A DNA stretch of 64,000 nucleotides from assembly GCA_951813565.1 (NCBI GenBank), contig OX638351.1, forward strand, positions 192,001-256,000, given 5' to 3'. The position numbers and the translations under genes were made by a program. The notes beneath the pieces were generated by a model that saw only the letters and a program-made list of their open reading frames with translations, searched no databases and had not been told where the DNA came from. This DNA comes from an uncultured Poribacteria bacterium. GTDB lineage: Bacteria; Poribacteria; WGA-4E; WGA-3G. Below are positions 28,016 through 38,136 of the stretch, piece by piece. The stretch's first letter is position 1; every line of letters starts with the position of its first letter.

Positions 28016-29893
28016 CTACTCCCAGAGCAGCACCGTTCCGTCATCACCCCCCGATGCGATGGTGTTGCCATCCGGACTGAACGATACGCTCCTGACCGAA
28101 CTCGTATGTCCTGTTAGCGTTCGGAGGTGGTTTCCAGTGTGTGTGTCCCACAAACGGATGGTGTCGTCCGAACTCCCTGATGCGATAGCGTTGCCATCCG
28201 GACTGAACGATATGCTACTGACCGAACTCGTATGCCCTGTTAGCGTTCGGAGGTGGTTTCCAGTTTGTGCGTCCCACAAACGGATGGTTTTGTCTTCGCT
28301 CCCTGATGCGATGGTGTTGCCATCCGGACTGAACGATACGGAAGTGACCGAACTCGTATGTCCTGTTAGGGTTCGGAGGTGGTTTCCAGTGTGTGTGTCC
28401 CACAAACGGATGGTGCCGTCCGAACTCCCTGATGCGATGGTGTTGCCATCCGGACCGAACGATACGCTATTGACCTGCCTCGTATGTCCTGTTAGGGTTC
28501 GGAGGTAGTTTCCAGTTTGTGCGTCCCACAAACGGATGGTTTTCTCCAGACTCCCCGATGCGATGGTGTTGCCATCCGGACTGAACGATACGCTATTGAC
28601 CCGACTCGTATGTCTTGTTAGGATTCGCCTGACCGAACTCGTATGTCTTGTTAGGGTTCGGATATTGTTTCCAGTGTGTGTGTCCCACAAACGGATGGTT
28701 TTGTCCCAACTCCCCGATGCGATGGTGTTGCTATCCGGACTGAACGATATGCTATTGACCGGACTCGTATGTCCTGTTAGGGTTCGGATATTGTTTCCAG
28801 TTTGTGCGTCCCACAAACGGATGGTTTTGTCTTCGCTCCCTGATGCGATGGTGTTGCCATCCGGACTGAACGATACGCTACGGACCCAACTCATATGTCC
28901 TGTTAGGGTTCGGATATTGTTTCCAGTTTGTGCGTCCCACAAACGGATGGTGTCGTCCGAACTCCCTGATGCGATGGTGTTGCCATCCGGACTGAACGGT
29001 ATGCTATAGACCCGACTCGTATGTCCTGTTAGGGTTCGGAGGTGGTTTCCAGTGTGTGCGTCCCACAAACGGATGGTTTTGTCATCGCTCCCTGATGCGA
29101 TGGTGTTGCCATCCGGACTGAACGATACCCTACGGACCCAACTCGTATGTCCTGTTAGCGTTCGGAGGTGGTTTCCAGTTTGTGCGTCCCACAAACGGAT
29201 GGTTTCGTCCCGACTCCCCGATGCGATGGTGTTGCCATCCGGACTGAACAATACGGAAAAGACCGAACTCGTATGTCCTATTAGGGTTCGGAGGTGGTTT
29301 CCAGTTTGTGCGTCCCACAAACGGATGGTTTCGTCCCGACTCCCCGATGCGATGGTGTTGCCATCCGGACTGAACAATACGCTATAGACCGATCTCGTAT
29401 GTCCTATTAGGGTTCGGAGGTGGTTTCCAGTGTGTGCGTCCCACAAACGGATGGTTTCGTCCCAACTCCCTGATGCGATGGTGTTGCCATCCGGACTGAA
29501 CGATACGCTATTGACCGGACTCGTATGTCCTATGAGTGTCTGTATTTGTATTCCCGTTCTGGTATTCCACAGCCGAATGGTTTTGTCCAAACTCCCCGAT
29601 GCGATGGTGTTGCCATCCGGACTGAACGATACGCTACTGACCGAATTCGTATGTCCTGTTAGCAGGTCGAGTGTTTCACCTGTGTGTGCGTCATAAAGCC
29701 ATATACCGATACTACTCGCAACCGCAAGACGAGCACCATCCGGTGAATACGCGATTGCATGTATCGTTCCTTTGCCGAGGCGCATTTTGGCACCTTCAGG
29801 CAGATTTTGTTGTGAAAAATCTTGGGCAGATGTATTTAGTGCGCAAATTAATGTCACAAACCCAATCAGAATCGAAAAACATTTGTTTTTCAT
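28016..29893 (-). CDS. Secreted WD40-repeat protein (14 repeats)
   Basis: Signal peptide, LPEGAKMRLGKG cap, and 14 repeats of GHT..V.SVSFSPDGNTIASGS.D.TIRLWD as near-identical 126 bp DNA units. Confidence 0.95.
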   Translation of the reverse strand: MKNKCFSILIGFVTLICALNTSAQDFSQQNLPEGAKMRLGKGTIHAIAYSPDGARLAVASSIGIWLYDAHTGETLDLLTGHTNSVSSVSFSPDGNTIASGSLDKTIRLWNTRTGIQIQTLIGHTSPVNSVSFSPDGNTIASGSWDETIRLWDAHTGNHLRTLIGHTRSVYSVLFSPDGNTIASGSRDETIRLWDAQTGNHLRTLIGHTSSVFSVLFSPDGNTIASGSRDETIRLWDAQTGNHLRTLTGHTSWVRRVSFSPDGNTIASGSDDKTIRLWDAHTGNHLRTLTGHTSRVYSIPFSPDGNTIASGSSDDTIRLWDAQTGNNIRTLTGHMSWVRSVSFSPDGNTIASGSEDKTIRLWDAQTGNNIRTLTGHTSPVNSISFSPDSNTIASGSWDKTIRLWDTHTGNNIRTLTRHTSSVRRILTRHTSRVNSVSFSPDGNTIASGSLEKTIRLWDAQTGNYLRTLTGHTRQVNSVSFGPDGNTIASGSSDGTIRLWDTHTGNHLRTLTGHTSSVTSVSFSPDGNTIASGSEDKTIRLWDAQTGNHLRTLTGHTSSVSSISFSPDGNAIASGSSDDTIRLWDTHTGNHLRTLTGHTSSVRSVSFSPDGNTIASGGDDGTVLLWE

Positions 29894-30197
29894 AGTAAAA
29901 TCTTCCTTTTATTTGAAGGGTTACCTAAATAACGGTTTTTGCAAAGTGTGTGCTACCCTTCTAATTCACACAACTGGCTTCTCATTTTAGAATATGATAA
30001 CATTTTTTCCAAAAAAATCAAGATATATTTATCCTTCTGTTTTATGGTATACTCGACATATAATGACCTAAGTTGCTACCTACAAGATTTTAGACCTGCA
30101 GATACCGTATTATTCAAATATCGGGAAAGGTTTTGATTCTCTCTTAATCAATAGTATAAATCTGTGATGTTATATCATCATTGTCCAAAGAAAGCAA

Positions 30198-30244
30198 TAC
30201 CAACAATTTTTCTTGCAAACAAAACCTAAATTGCGTATACTTTT
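30198..30244 (+). promoter_or_regulatory. Putative pcrA promoter
   Basis: TTGCAA-17-TATACT about 45 bp upstream of the likely TTG start. Confidence 0.6.
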
Positions 30245-30284
30245 ATACATTACGACTACAAACCCACTTCAGCGGAGATATTCC

Positions 30285-32447
30285 TTGTCCGACAATCTAT
30301 TAAGCAACTTAAACAGTGTTCAACGAGAGGCTGTCCAACACACTGAAGGACCACTCCTCATCTTATCCGGTGCGGGTAGCGGCAAAACGCGCGTGATTAC
30401 GCATCGCGTCGCATATCTCATGAAACACCACCGTGTCTCTCCGTTCCGTATCCTTGCCGTGACGTTTACCAATAAAGCAGCGAACGAAATGAAGGAACGA
30501 CTTGATACTTTGGTAGGTGAGGGCATGAGCAAAAACCTGTGGGTTGCAACCTTCCACGCGACTTGTGCGCGTATCCTACGTCGAGACATTGAGCAATTAG
30601 ATGGGTTTACCAAAAACTTTACGATATACGATAAGGGTGAGCAAGTAACGGTTGTGAAAGATATTCTCAGACAGCACGGGTTGGACGACAAGATGTATAA
30701 TCCACGCACCATTCACGATCTGGTCTGTAAAGCAAAAAACAACTCCATAAAACCGGATACTTACGCAAACACAGCTGACGGTTATTATGAAAAGATTGTG
30801 GCGCAAGTATACCCCATGTATCAGGACACGCTTCGCAAAAACAATGCATTAGATTTTGATGATCTGCTCAACTTTACAGTAGAACTTTTTAAAAAATACC
30901 CAGATGTACTTGAATTCTATCAAGAGAAATTTGAACATGTGCTTGTAGATGAGTATCAGGATACAAACCGCTGTCAATACGAATTGGTGCGTTATTTGGC
31001 TGGGGAAAAAAAGAATGTGTGTGTCGTTGGAGATGATGACCAATCAATCTACGGTTTTCGTGGCGCTGACATTCATAATATACTCGATTTTGAAAAGAAT
31101 TATCCCAATACCCAAGTCCTCCGGTTAGAGCAGAATTACCGTTCAACGCAAAATATCTTGGATGCAGCGTGGAGTGTTGTTCAAAACAATAAGAAACGTA
31201 AAGAGAAAAAACTCTGGACAAAAAATGAGAAAGGCGAACTTGTCACCTGCTATGAAGCGATGGATGAACGTGATGAAGCAGGTTTCGTTGGGACAAAGAT
31301 AGAGGATTGGAATGCAGAAGGAGTCGATTATAAGGATTTTGCGATCTTTTATCGGACGAATGCGCAATCCCGTATTTTTGAAGAGGCGCTCCGTTCTGCG
31401 AATATCCCGTATCAGATTGTCGGTGGGTTGGGCTTTTATGACCGTATGGAAATTAAGGATCTGATTGCTTACCTCCGCGTCATGTGCAATCCGTTTGATT
31501 CAATAAGTCTCAGACGTATCATCAACGTGCCAACTCGCGGTATTGGTGCGACATCACTTGAGCGACTCATGAATTTTGCGGAGGGTGAAGAAATTCCACT
31601 GATTGAGGCAATTGACCGCGTTGACGAAATACCAAAGATTAACGCTGGTATCAAAGGAAAAGTCCGCCGTTTCGCTAAAATCCTTGACGAGTTTGACGGA
31701 GATGACCTGCCATCTGACGCTCTTGAACATGTTTTTGACACGACAGGTTATCTTGAAAACTTTAAAGGACAACGGACAATAGAGGCACAGAATCGGGTTG
31801 AAAATATTGAGGAACTAAGGAATGCTGTTTACGAATATGAGATGATCGCTGAGGAGCCAACCCTTTCGGACTATTTGGAAAATGTTGCGCTCATAGCGGA
31901 TATTGACACGATGCAAACAGATGATAGGACAGATGAAACAAATATCGTGACACTGATGACTTTGCACAGCGCAAAAGGGTTAGAATTTCCTTTCGTTTTT
32001 ATCGTTGGTATGGAGGAAGGTTTTCTACCACATAAAAATTCGGTGAATTCAGAAGCGGAATTAGAGGAGGAACGTAGAGTCTGTTATGTTGGAATTACGC
32101 GTGCGATGGAGCATCTTTACTTGGTGCATGCCCAGGCGCGTAGAACGTGGAGTGGTGCGGAATACAGAGTGCCCTCTCGTTTCATTGAAGAAATTTCGCC
32201 GCATCTTATTCAGCACGTTGACCGTTATAACTCCCCGTTTTCTCAACCAGAAATTAGTTACGTTGAAGAGGAACAAGTTGATTTATACGCAATTGGTCAG
32301 ATTGTCCACCACCCGAAATTTGGACGAGGAAAGGTAACGAAACTCAGCGAATCAGACTCGAGTACTTATGTAACAGTCCGATTTGACCGCCCTGGCGCTG
32401 GATCAAAGCAATTTGATGCTGCGTTGGCGCAGCTGCAAGCAGTTTAA
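30285..32447 (+). CDS. pcrA: UvrD/PcrA DNA helicase
   Basis: GAGSGKT, VDEYQDTN, VGDDDQSIYGFRGA, LEQNYRST, LMTLHSAKGLEF and EEERR motifs; TTG start after GGAG. Confidence 0.95.
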   Translation: MSDNLLSNLNSVQREAVQHTEGPLLILSGAGSGKTRVITHRVAYLMKHHRVSPFRILAVTFTNKAANEMKERLDTLVGEGMSKNLWVATFHATCARILRRDIEQLDGFTKNFTIYDKGEQVTVVKDILRQHGLDDKMYNPRTIHDLVCKAKNNSIKPDTYANTADGYYEKIVAQVYPMYQDTLRKNNALDFDDLLNFTVELFKKYPDVLEFYQEKFEHVLVDEYQDTNRCQYELVRYLAGEKKNVCVVGDDDQSIYGFRGADIHNILDFEKNYPNTQVLRLEQNYRSTQNILDAAWSVVQNNKKRKEKKLWTKNEKGELVTCYEAMDERDEAGFVGTKIEDWNAEGVDYKDFAIFYRTNAQSRIFEEALRSANIPYQIVGGLGFYDRMEIKDLIAYLRVMCNPFDSISLRRIINVPTRGIGATSLERLMNFAEGEEIPLIEAIDRVDEIPKINAGIKGKVRRFAKILDEFDGDDLPSDALEHVFDTTGYLENFKGQRTIEAQNRVENIEELRNAVYEYEMIAEEPTLSDYLENVALIADIDTMQTDDRTDETNIVTLMTLHSAKGLEFPFVFIVGMEEGFLPHKNSVNSEAELEEERRVCYVGITRAMEHLYLVHAQARRTWSGAEYRVPSRFIEEISPHLIQHVDRYNSPFSQPEISYVEEEQVDLYAIGQIVHHPKFGRGKVTKLSESDSSTYVTVRFDRPGAGSKQFDAALAQLQAV

Positions 32448-32506
32448 CAGTTTTAGTTTGAGGGCTTTATAAGCCCGATAGGAAAATAGAAAGGGTCTAA
32501 AACTAT

Positions 32507-32803
32507 ATGGCAACAATCACCACAGAAGGCGTTAGCCACGTCGCAAACTTGGCACGTCTTGAATTCAACGAGGAAGAAACAAAGAATTTCACTGAGCAAC
32601 TTGCCAGAATCTTGGACTATATCGGCAAGTTGAATGAGTTAGACACGGATGATGTTCCACCGACATCACATATCCATCCGTTGCACAACATAACCAAAGC
32701 AGATGTCGTCAAAACCTCGTTACCTCGCGATGCAGTTCTTGCAAACGCGCCGGAGCCTGAAGAAGGATATTTCGGCGTTCCCAGAGTAATTGATACGGCG
32801 TAA
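32507..32803 (+). CDS. gatC: Asp/Glu-tRNA amidotransferase subunit C
   Basis: HVANLARLE...LNELDTDDVPPT...NAPE..YFGVPRVI; directly upstream of gatA. Confidence 0.95.
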   Translation: MATITTEGVSHVANLARLEFNEEETKNFTEQLARILDYIGKLNELDTDDVPPTSHIHPLHNITKADVVKTSLPRDAVLANAPEPEEGYFGVPRVIDTA

Positions 32804-32817
32804 GGAGCAGAAACTGA

Positions 32818-34296
32818 ATGTCGCTTTACCAATTGACTGCACACGAACTACACGACAAACTCAAGGCGCGTGAAATTAGTGCTGTAGAATTAACCGAATC
32901 CGTTTATGAACGTATTGAGGCGGTTGAACCACAGGTCAAAGGTTATTTGACGTTGACCAAAGAGATTGCGTTGGAACAAGCGGGTGCTGCAGATACAGGA
33001 TTCCAAAATGGAAATGAGATGCCACCTCTCGCTGGAATTCCTATCGCGATTAAAGATGTGATATGCACCAAAGATGTGCGTACAACATGTGCCTCAAAAA
33101 TCCTAAGCAACTTTGTGCCACCTTACGATGCGACTGTCATGACAAAACTTCATCAGCAGGGTGCTGTAATGATCGGCAAAACAAACATGGACGAATTTGC
33201 GATGGGGTCGTCTACCGAAAATTCTGCATATCAGATTACACACAATCCGTGGGATTTGGAGACGATTCCCGGTGGGTCAAGTGGTGGATCAGCGGCGGTT
33301 GTGTCTGCGGGGGCGGCAATCTGCTCATTGGGTTCAGATACTGGTGGTTCTATTCGTCAACCTGCAGCGCTCTGTGGTGTGGTTGGTATGAAGCCGACTT
33401 ATGGACGTGTTTCTCGTTACGGTCTTGTGGCTTTTGCCTCATCGCTTGATCAAATCGGTCCATTTACGAAAGATGTGATGGATTGCGCGTTGGTTCTCAA
33501 CGCCATCTGTGGAAATGACGAAATGGATTCTACCTCCGTTGATGTTCCCGTGCCGGATTTTACACAGTGGCTCATCAACGATGTGAAGGGGTTGAAAATA
33601 GGTGTCCCAAAAGAGTATTTTGCTGAAGGTTTAGACACAGAGGTAGCGGATTGCGTGCATTCGGCTATTGATGCGTTGGAAAAACTTGGTGCATCTATTG
33701 AGGAAATTTCACTGCCGCATACCGAGTACGCCATCGCAACATATTATATTATCGCACCTGCGGAAGCAAGCGCAAACCTTGCGAGATACGACGGTGTCCG
33801 TTACGGATACCGCACTGAAGAACCCGCAGACTTGATCAATATGTATAAGAAAACCCGCAGCGAAGGTTTTGGGGAAGAGGTGAAACGGCGTATTATGCTC
33901 GGTACATTTGCACTGAGTGCCGGATATCAAGATGCGTATTATCGCAAGGCACAGAAGGCGCGGACATTGATAAAGTCCGATTTTGATGCTGCATTTGAAA
34001 AAGTTGATGTAATCGCGACGCCTACCTCACCGACACCCGCTTTTAAGATTGGTGAACGAACATCGGATCCGTTGCAGATGTACCTGTGTGATGTGATGAC
34101 AACACCAGCAAGTCATGCGGGATTACCGGGAATTTCTGTTCCGTGCGGTTTTGTCCAAAGCGGTCTCCCTGTCGGATTACAATTGCTGGCGGCACCTTTT
34201 GATGAGAAAACGCTTTTCCGTGTCAGTTACACTTTTGAACAGAACACCGATCACCATCTGCAAAAACCTGAATTATCAAATGCTAAAGGAAAATGA
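32818..34296 (+). CDS. gatA: Asp/Glu-tRNA amidotransferase subunit A
   Basis: [37 protein letters not shown] and EVKRRIMLG motifs. Confidence 0.97.
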   Translation: MSLYQLTAHELHDKLKAREISAVELTESVYERIEAVEPQVKGYLTLTKEIALEQAGAADTGFQNGNEMPPLAGIPIAIKDVICTKDVRTTCASKILSNFVPPYDATVMTKLHQQGAVMIGKTNMDEFAMGSSTENSAYQITHNPWDLETIPGGSSGGSAAVVSAGAAICSLGSDTGGSIRQPAALCGVVGMKPTYGRVSRYGLVAFASSLDQIGPFTKDVMDCALVLNAICGNDEMDSTSVDVPVPDFTQWLINDVKGLKIGVPKEYFAEGLDTEVADCVHSAIDALEKLGASIEEISLPHTEYAIATYYIIAPAEASANLARYDGVRYGYRTEEPADLINMYKKTRSEGFGEEVKRRIMLGTFALSAGYQDAYYRKAQKARTLIKSDFDAAFEKVDVIATPTSPTPAFKIGERTSDPLQMYLCDVMTTPASHAGLPGISVPCGFVQSGLPVGLQLLAAPFDEKTLFRVSYTFEQNTDHHLQKPELSNAKGK

Positions 34297-34796
34297 TGAA
34301 GATCATAATTGCTCCTTTAGGTGGACTCATTGGGGCGATATTAGGTGGAGTCCTCTGGGCAAAATATATTCAGTGGACAGGTAATACTGCAGGATTCGTT
34401 GCTATTGGTATCGGTTTATTCAGCGGCGTTGGGATGCTTTTCACTTGTTCGGGCACCATTGAACCTAATGAAAAAAAGCATTCGTTGATGGTTTCCATTG
34501 GTGCTGCTCTGTTTGCTCTAATCGGAATTTTTATTGGAAAGTATCTTGATGTTCAATGGAACGCGGTTTCAGAAATTAAAAAAAATTTAATGGCAAATGA
34601 GCCAGACCTCTCGGATGAGGCAGCCACGTTTATTGCTGAAACTCAGTATTCAGGAAAAACAAAATGGGAACACATGCAAGACCGAATGGACTGGTTTGAC
34701 CTACTCTTTGGTTCGATAGCAGTTGTTGTTGCTTTTTATATTGTCTTAAACCCATGGGTTCGAAGTATATTTTTTAAATTAAAAAGAAGCACGTAA
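34293..34796 (+). CDS. Hypothetical membrane protein
   Basis: About four hydrophobic helices; overlaps the gatA stop. Confidence 0.7.
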   Translation: MMKIIIAPLGGLIGAILGGVLWAKYIQWTGNTAGFVAIGIGLFSGVGMLFTCSGTIEPNEKKHSLMVSIGAALFALIGIFIGKYLDVQWNAVSEIKKNLMANEPDLSDEAATFIAETQYSGKTKWEHMQDRMDWFDLLFGSIAVVVAFYIVLNPWVRSIFFKLKRST

Positions 34797-34830
34797 ATTT
34801 GTCATGTTATTTATTAAAATGGAGCAAAAA

Positions 34831-36249
34831 ATGAAAAAAAATAGTATTAATATCATGATTTTAACAGTTCTCATATCCGTTTTTCTTCCTTTAAGTTGGA
34901 ATTTTGCTGAGACTGAAAACGCGGAAGCAGGGAATGAAAAGTTATTAGAGAATCTCGCACTTTTTTCTGAAATATTGGCTTTTATTAAACAGGAACATCT
35001 TGATGAACCGGATTCTAAGGAACTGATGGAGGGGGCAATCAGGGGGATGCTCCGTACTTTGGACCCGTATAGCCAATTCATTCCTGACCTTATTGCATTC
35101 AACACACCGAATCGAGGGAATTACGGTGGCCTCGGTATGTATGTTGAGATGCAGGAAGGTATGATCACAGTACTTAGACCGTTCAAGGATAACCCAGCTG
35201 CACGTGCTGGGGTGCTAAACGGCGATATTATCATTGAGGTTGATGGAGAATCTACTGCAGCCATGACCTTGAGCGAAGTTGTTGATCTGCTGAAAGGTGA
35301 ACCCGGAACCTCTGTATCAATTACGCTTAAGCGCCCAAACGTGCGCCTTCCAATAGAAGTCACCATCACGCGGGAAGTTATTCGTGTCCCAAGCGTCAAA
35401 AAAGAAGTAATTGGCGATAACATTGGGTATATCAAAATCAATCAATTCCTTGAGACAACAGCAAACGACGTTGATAACGCTTTGGCAGAATTCAATGAGA
35501 ATAACGTCAACGGTATCATCCTTGATTTGCGCTCAAACCCAGGTGGACTTCTCGGTTCTGCTGTTGATATTGCGAGTGATTTTTTGGAACCTGATCAACT
35601 CGTTGTTTACAGCCAAGGGATTGAAGAGCGTAAAAACTTCCCTGCACAAGGAGAAGCAAGAGAAAAGCTTCCGCTGGTCGTTTTGGTTGACGGCGGAAGT
35701 GCGAGTGCTTCCGAGATTGTAGCAGGCGCGATAAAAGACCATAAAAGAGGGCTTATCATGGGTAGTAATACCTTTGGAAAAGCATCAGTACAAAAGGTAT
35801 TTCCACTCAGCGATTCAAAAGCTGGGGTAAAATTAACAATTGCTCGCTATTATACACCAAAAGGTGTAGATATTGACAAAATTGGTATTATTCCCGATGT
35901 AGAAACGTCATGGTTTAGCCGTTCTGAACAGCAGATGCAGTTAAAACTCCGCGATCACCAAAAACTAAAATCATTTGTTGAAGAGCACGGTGATGATGTC
36001 TTAGAAAAGTTATCGGCAGCTGAACATGCCTCGAGCGATGATCGGCAAGCTTCCAAACTTCTGCAATCCTATAGACGATTAAGTGATGCGCTGACCGAGG
36101 AGGAGCAGATTGTTCTCAGCGATATTGGGGTAAAGTATGCTATCGCTCGGCTTACCGAAAACATTAAGGATGAAATTGAGCATGACCCACAGGTTGTCAC
36201 TGCAGTTGAACAACTGAAGGTAATTAGGTTATTAACTGAAGGCAATTAG
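34831..36249 (+). CDS. ctpA: S41 family C-terminal processing protease
   Basis: LDPYS, PDZ domain, LDLRSNPGGLL, SASASEIVAGA and TFGKASVQ motifs. Confidence 0.9.
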   Translation: MKKNSINIMILTVLISVFLPLSWNFAETENAEAGNEKLLENLALFSEILAFIKQEHLDEPDSKELMEGAIRGMLRTLDPYSQFIPDLIAFNTPNRGNYGGLGMYVEMQEGMITVLRPFKDNPAARAGVLNGDIIIEVDGESTAAMTLSEVVDLLKGEPGTSVSITLKRPNVRLPIEVTITREVIRVPSVKKEVIGDNIGYIKINQFLETTANDVDNALAEFNENNVNGIILDLRSNPGGLLGSAVDIASDFLEPDQLVVYSQGIEERKNFPAQGEAREKLPLVVLVDGGSASASEIVAGAIKDHKRGLIMGSNTFGKASVQKVFPLSDSKAGVKLTIARYYTPKGVDIDKIGIIPDVETSWFSRSEQQMQLKLRDHQKLKSFVEEHGDDVLEKLSAAEHASSDDRQASKLLQSYRRLSDALTEEEQIVLSDIGVKYAIARLTENIKDEIEHDPQVVTAVEQLKVIRLLTEGN

Positions 36250-36326
36250 GTTATTAGCACTCCCCGTCAAACCCCCTGCCTTTAGGTAGGGGATGTAGAC
36301 GGCTAAAAACTTGATAAAAAATATAT

Positions 36327-36355
36327 TTGACAATCTAATCAAAATATGGTATAAT
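36327..36355 (+). promoter_or_regulatory. Sigma70 promoter for tnpA-tnpB
   Basis: Perfect TTGACA-17-TATAAT. Confidence 0.8.
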
Positions 36356-36388
36356 ATATCATATACTGTAATGAAAAGGTAAGATATT

Positions 36389-36808
36389 ATGCCACTAAAA
36401 ATCGCTAATAAGAAACGTAATTACAAAACAAGCAACAGGACAGTCTATAGTTGCCAATATCACGTTATCTGGTGTACGAAGTATAGGCGTAAGGTTTTGG
36501 AGACACAAATACAAGGTAGACTGAAACAACTCATAGAAGAAAAACAAGACGAGTATGAGTATCAAATCCGTGAGGTTGAAACACAACCTGAACATGTCCA
36601 TTTGCTCATAGAAATCCCGCCAATGCATTCTATTGATAAAATCGTTGGAAAAATCAAAGGCTATACGGCTAAAGTTTTACGTGAAGAATACCCAAGTTTG
36701 AAAAGTCGTTTGCCCTCTCTTTGGACACGGAGCAAGTTTGTGAGTTCCTGTGGTGGTGTAACACTTCAAGTGATAAAAGACTATATTGAAGGTCAAAGTG
36801 GACAATGA
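36389..36808 (+). CDS. tnpA: IS200-type Y1 (HUH) transposase
   Basis: YHVIWCTKYRR, EHVHLL (HUH), LWTRSKFV and YIEGQ motifs. Confidence 0.95.
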   Translation: MPLKIANKKRNYKTSNRTVYSCQYHVIWCTKYRRKVLETQIQGRLKQLIEEKQDEYEYQIREVETQPEHVHLLIEIPPMHSIDKIVGKIKGYTAKVLREEYPSLKSRLPSLWTRSKFVSSCGGVTLQVIKDYIEGQSGQ

Positions 36809-37917
36809 GAAAAGCTCACAAGTTCAAACTTCAACACCAATCTAACACAATCAAACTTGGTAATATGCTTGATGATATGTGGCAAATCCATGTGCATATC
36901 ATGCGTTTGGCACGTAGGTATTATCGCATGTTCGGCAAAAATTTGTCTGCGTATCGTCTGAAGGCACATGTTGCGAAACTCAAAAAGCGGACAAAACCGC
37001 ATTGGGCAGACTTGCCGAGTCAAGTTGTGCAAGACGTTGTCCTACGTTATGGTAAATCACAAGACGCATTTTTCCAAAATATAGCAAGCCGCAAATCAGG
37101 TAAAACAACGCGTAAAGTGGGTAGACCGAAAATCAAACCGAGACACAAATACAACTCCATGACCTTCACACAAGCGGGCTACAAACTTGAAGGGAACCGT
37201 ATCAAAATCAACTGTATAGATACATGGTTTTCCTACCACAAACACCGTGATTTCAAAGGAACTATCAAGACAATCACAATCAAACGTGACAGGTGCGGTG
37301 ACTATTGGATATGCTTTTCGTGCGAGAATGTTGACGATCCCGAACCCAAACCCAAGACAGGTAAGAGCGCAGGATTTGATTACGGAAACAAAACATTCCT
37401 CACAAGCGACGAAGGGGACACAATAGAATCCCCGCAGTTTTTCAAACAATCACTCAACACGTTGCGATCTCTCAACAAAGCACTCAGTCGTAAAGTCAAA
37501 GGTTCTAACAACTATTATCGTGCGTGCCGTGCTTTAGCAAGACAACACAGAAAAGTTGCCAGACAAAGAGAAGATTGGCAGTGGAAACTGACTGACCAAC
37601 TTTGCACGGAGTTTGATACACTCTACTTTGAAACTTTGAACCTTGATGGTATGAAACGGCTTTGGGGACGTAAAGTTTCTGACCATTCTTTCTACCAGTT
37701 TCTTCAGATATTGGAACAGAAGTGTGCGAAGCACGGCAAAAAACTTGTGCAAATCTCGCAATGGATAGCAACAACAAAACCTTGTAGTGATTGTGGATAC
37801 CATAACAAAGAACTCTCTCTTTCTGATAGGCAGTGGACCTGTTCCGAATGTGGTTCACACCACGACAGAGACACCAACGCTGCTATCAATATCAAACGGG
37901 CAGGCTTGGCTGCCTAA
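36805..37917 (+). CDS. tnpB: RNA-guided nuclease TnpB
   Basis: RuvC D (GFDYG), E (FETL) and D (DRDTNAAINI); Zn finger CSDC...CSEC; ATGA overlap with tnpA. Confidence 0.95.
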   Translation: MRKAHKFKLQHQSNTIKLGNMLDDMWQIHVHIMRLARRYYRMFGKNLSAYRLKAHVAKLKKRTKPHWADLPSQVVQDVVLRYGKSQDAFFQNIASRKSGKTTRKVGRPKIKPRHKYNSMTFTQAGYKLEGNRIKINCIDTWFSYHKHRDFKGTIKTITIKRDRCGDYWICFSCENVDDPEPKPKTGKSAGFDYGNKTFLTSDEGDTIESPQFFKQSLNTLRSLNKALSRKVKGSNNYYRACRALARQHRKVARQREDWQWKLTDQLCTEFDTLYFETLNLDGMKRLWGRKVSDHSFYQFLQILEQKCAKHGKKLVQISQWIATTKPCSDCGYHNKELSLSDRQWTCSECGSHHDRDTNAAINIKRAGLAA

Positions 37918-38028
37918 AGTGGAGCGACAATAAGACGGTGGACGCTAAGCGAAAACCGCAGTCGCAAGGAAGCACAAGCCCCTACCTTTAGGTAGTGGGT
38001 ACCTATGACGTGGGCAGAACTAATCGAT
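37860..38028 (+). ncRNA. Predicted TnpB omega-RNA (reRNA) scaffold plus flanking guide
   Basis: Position overlapping the tnpB 3' end and right end follows known TnpB biology; 37894-38009 is conserved in the derivative at 55009-55124; 5' boundary is approximate. Confidence 0.7.
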
Positions 38029-38136
38029 TAACTAATGGTTAAGGAATGTATTTACTGACAAATTAAAATCGACAAGAGGATGACTCAAGACTGATAGATA
38101 TAGTTGCTGTCCTCTGGCTCCTAAATCGGGAATTTG

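Larger units (their letters stand above)
36258..38009 (+). mobile_element. IS200/IS605-family element (tnpA + tnpB)
   Basis: Left-end hairpin CCCCTGCC-TTTA-GGTAGGGG; right-end hairpin CCCCTACC-TTTA-GGTAGTGGG ending TATGAC; left boundary uncertain by a few nt. Confidence 0.9.

Noticed and set aside
28059..29696. Repetitive plus-strand ORFs
   Set aside because: These are antisense shadows of the WD40 repeats
32507..34296. gatCA without gatB, and recX (44350-44973) without recA
   Set aside because: Split operons are common, and the partner genes are probably elsewhere in the genome
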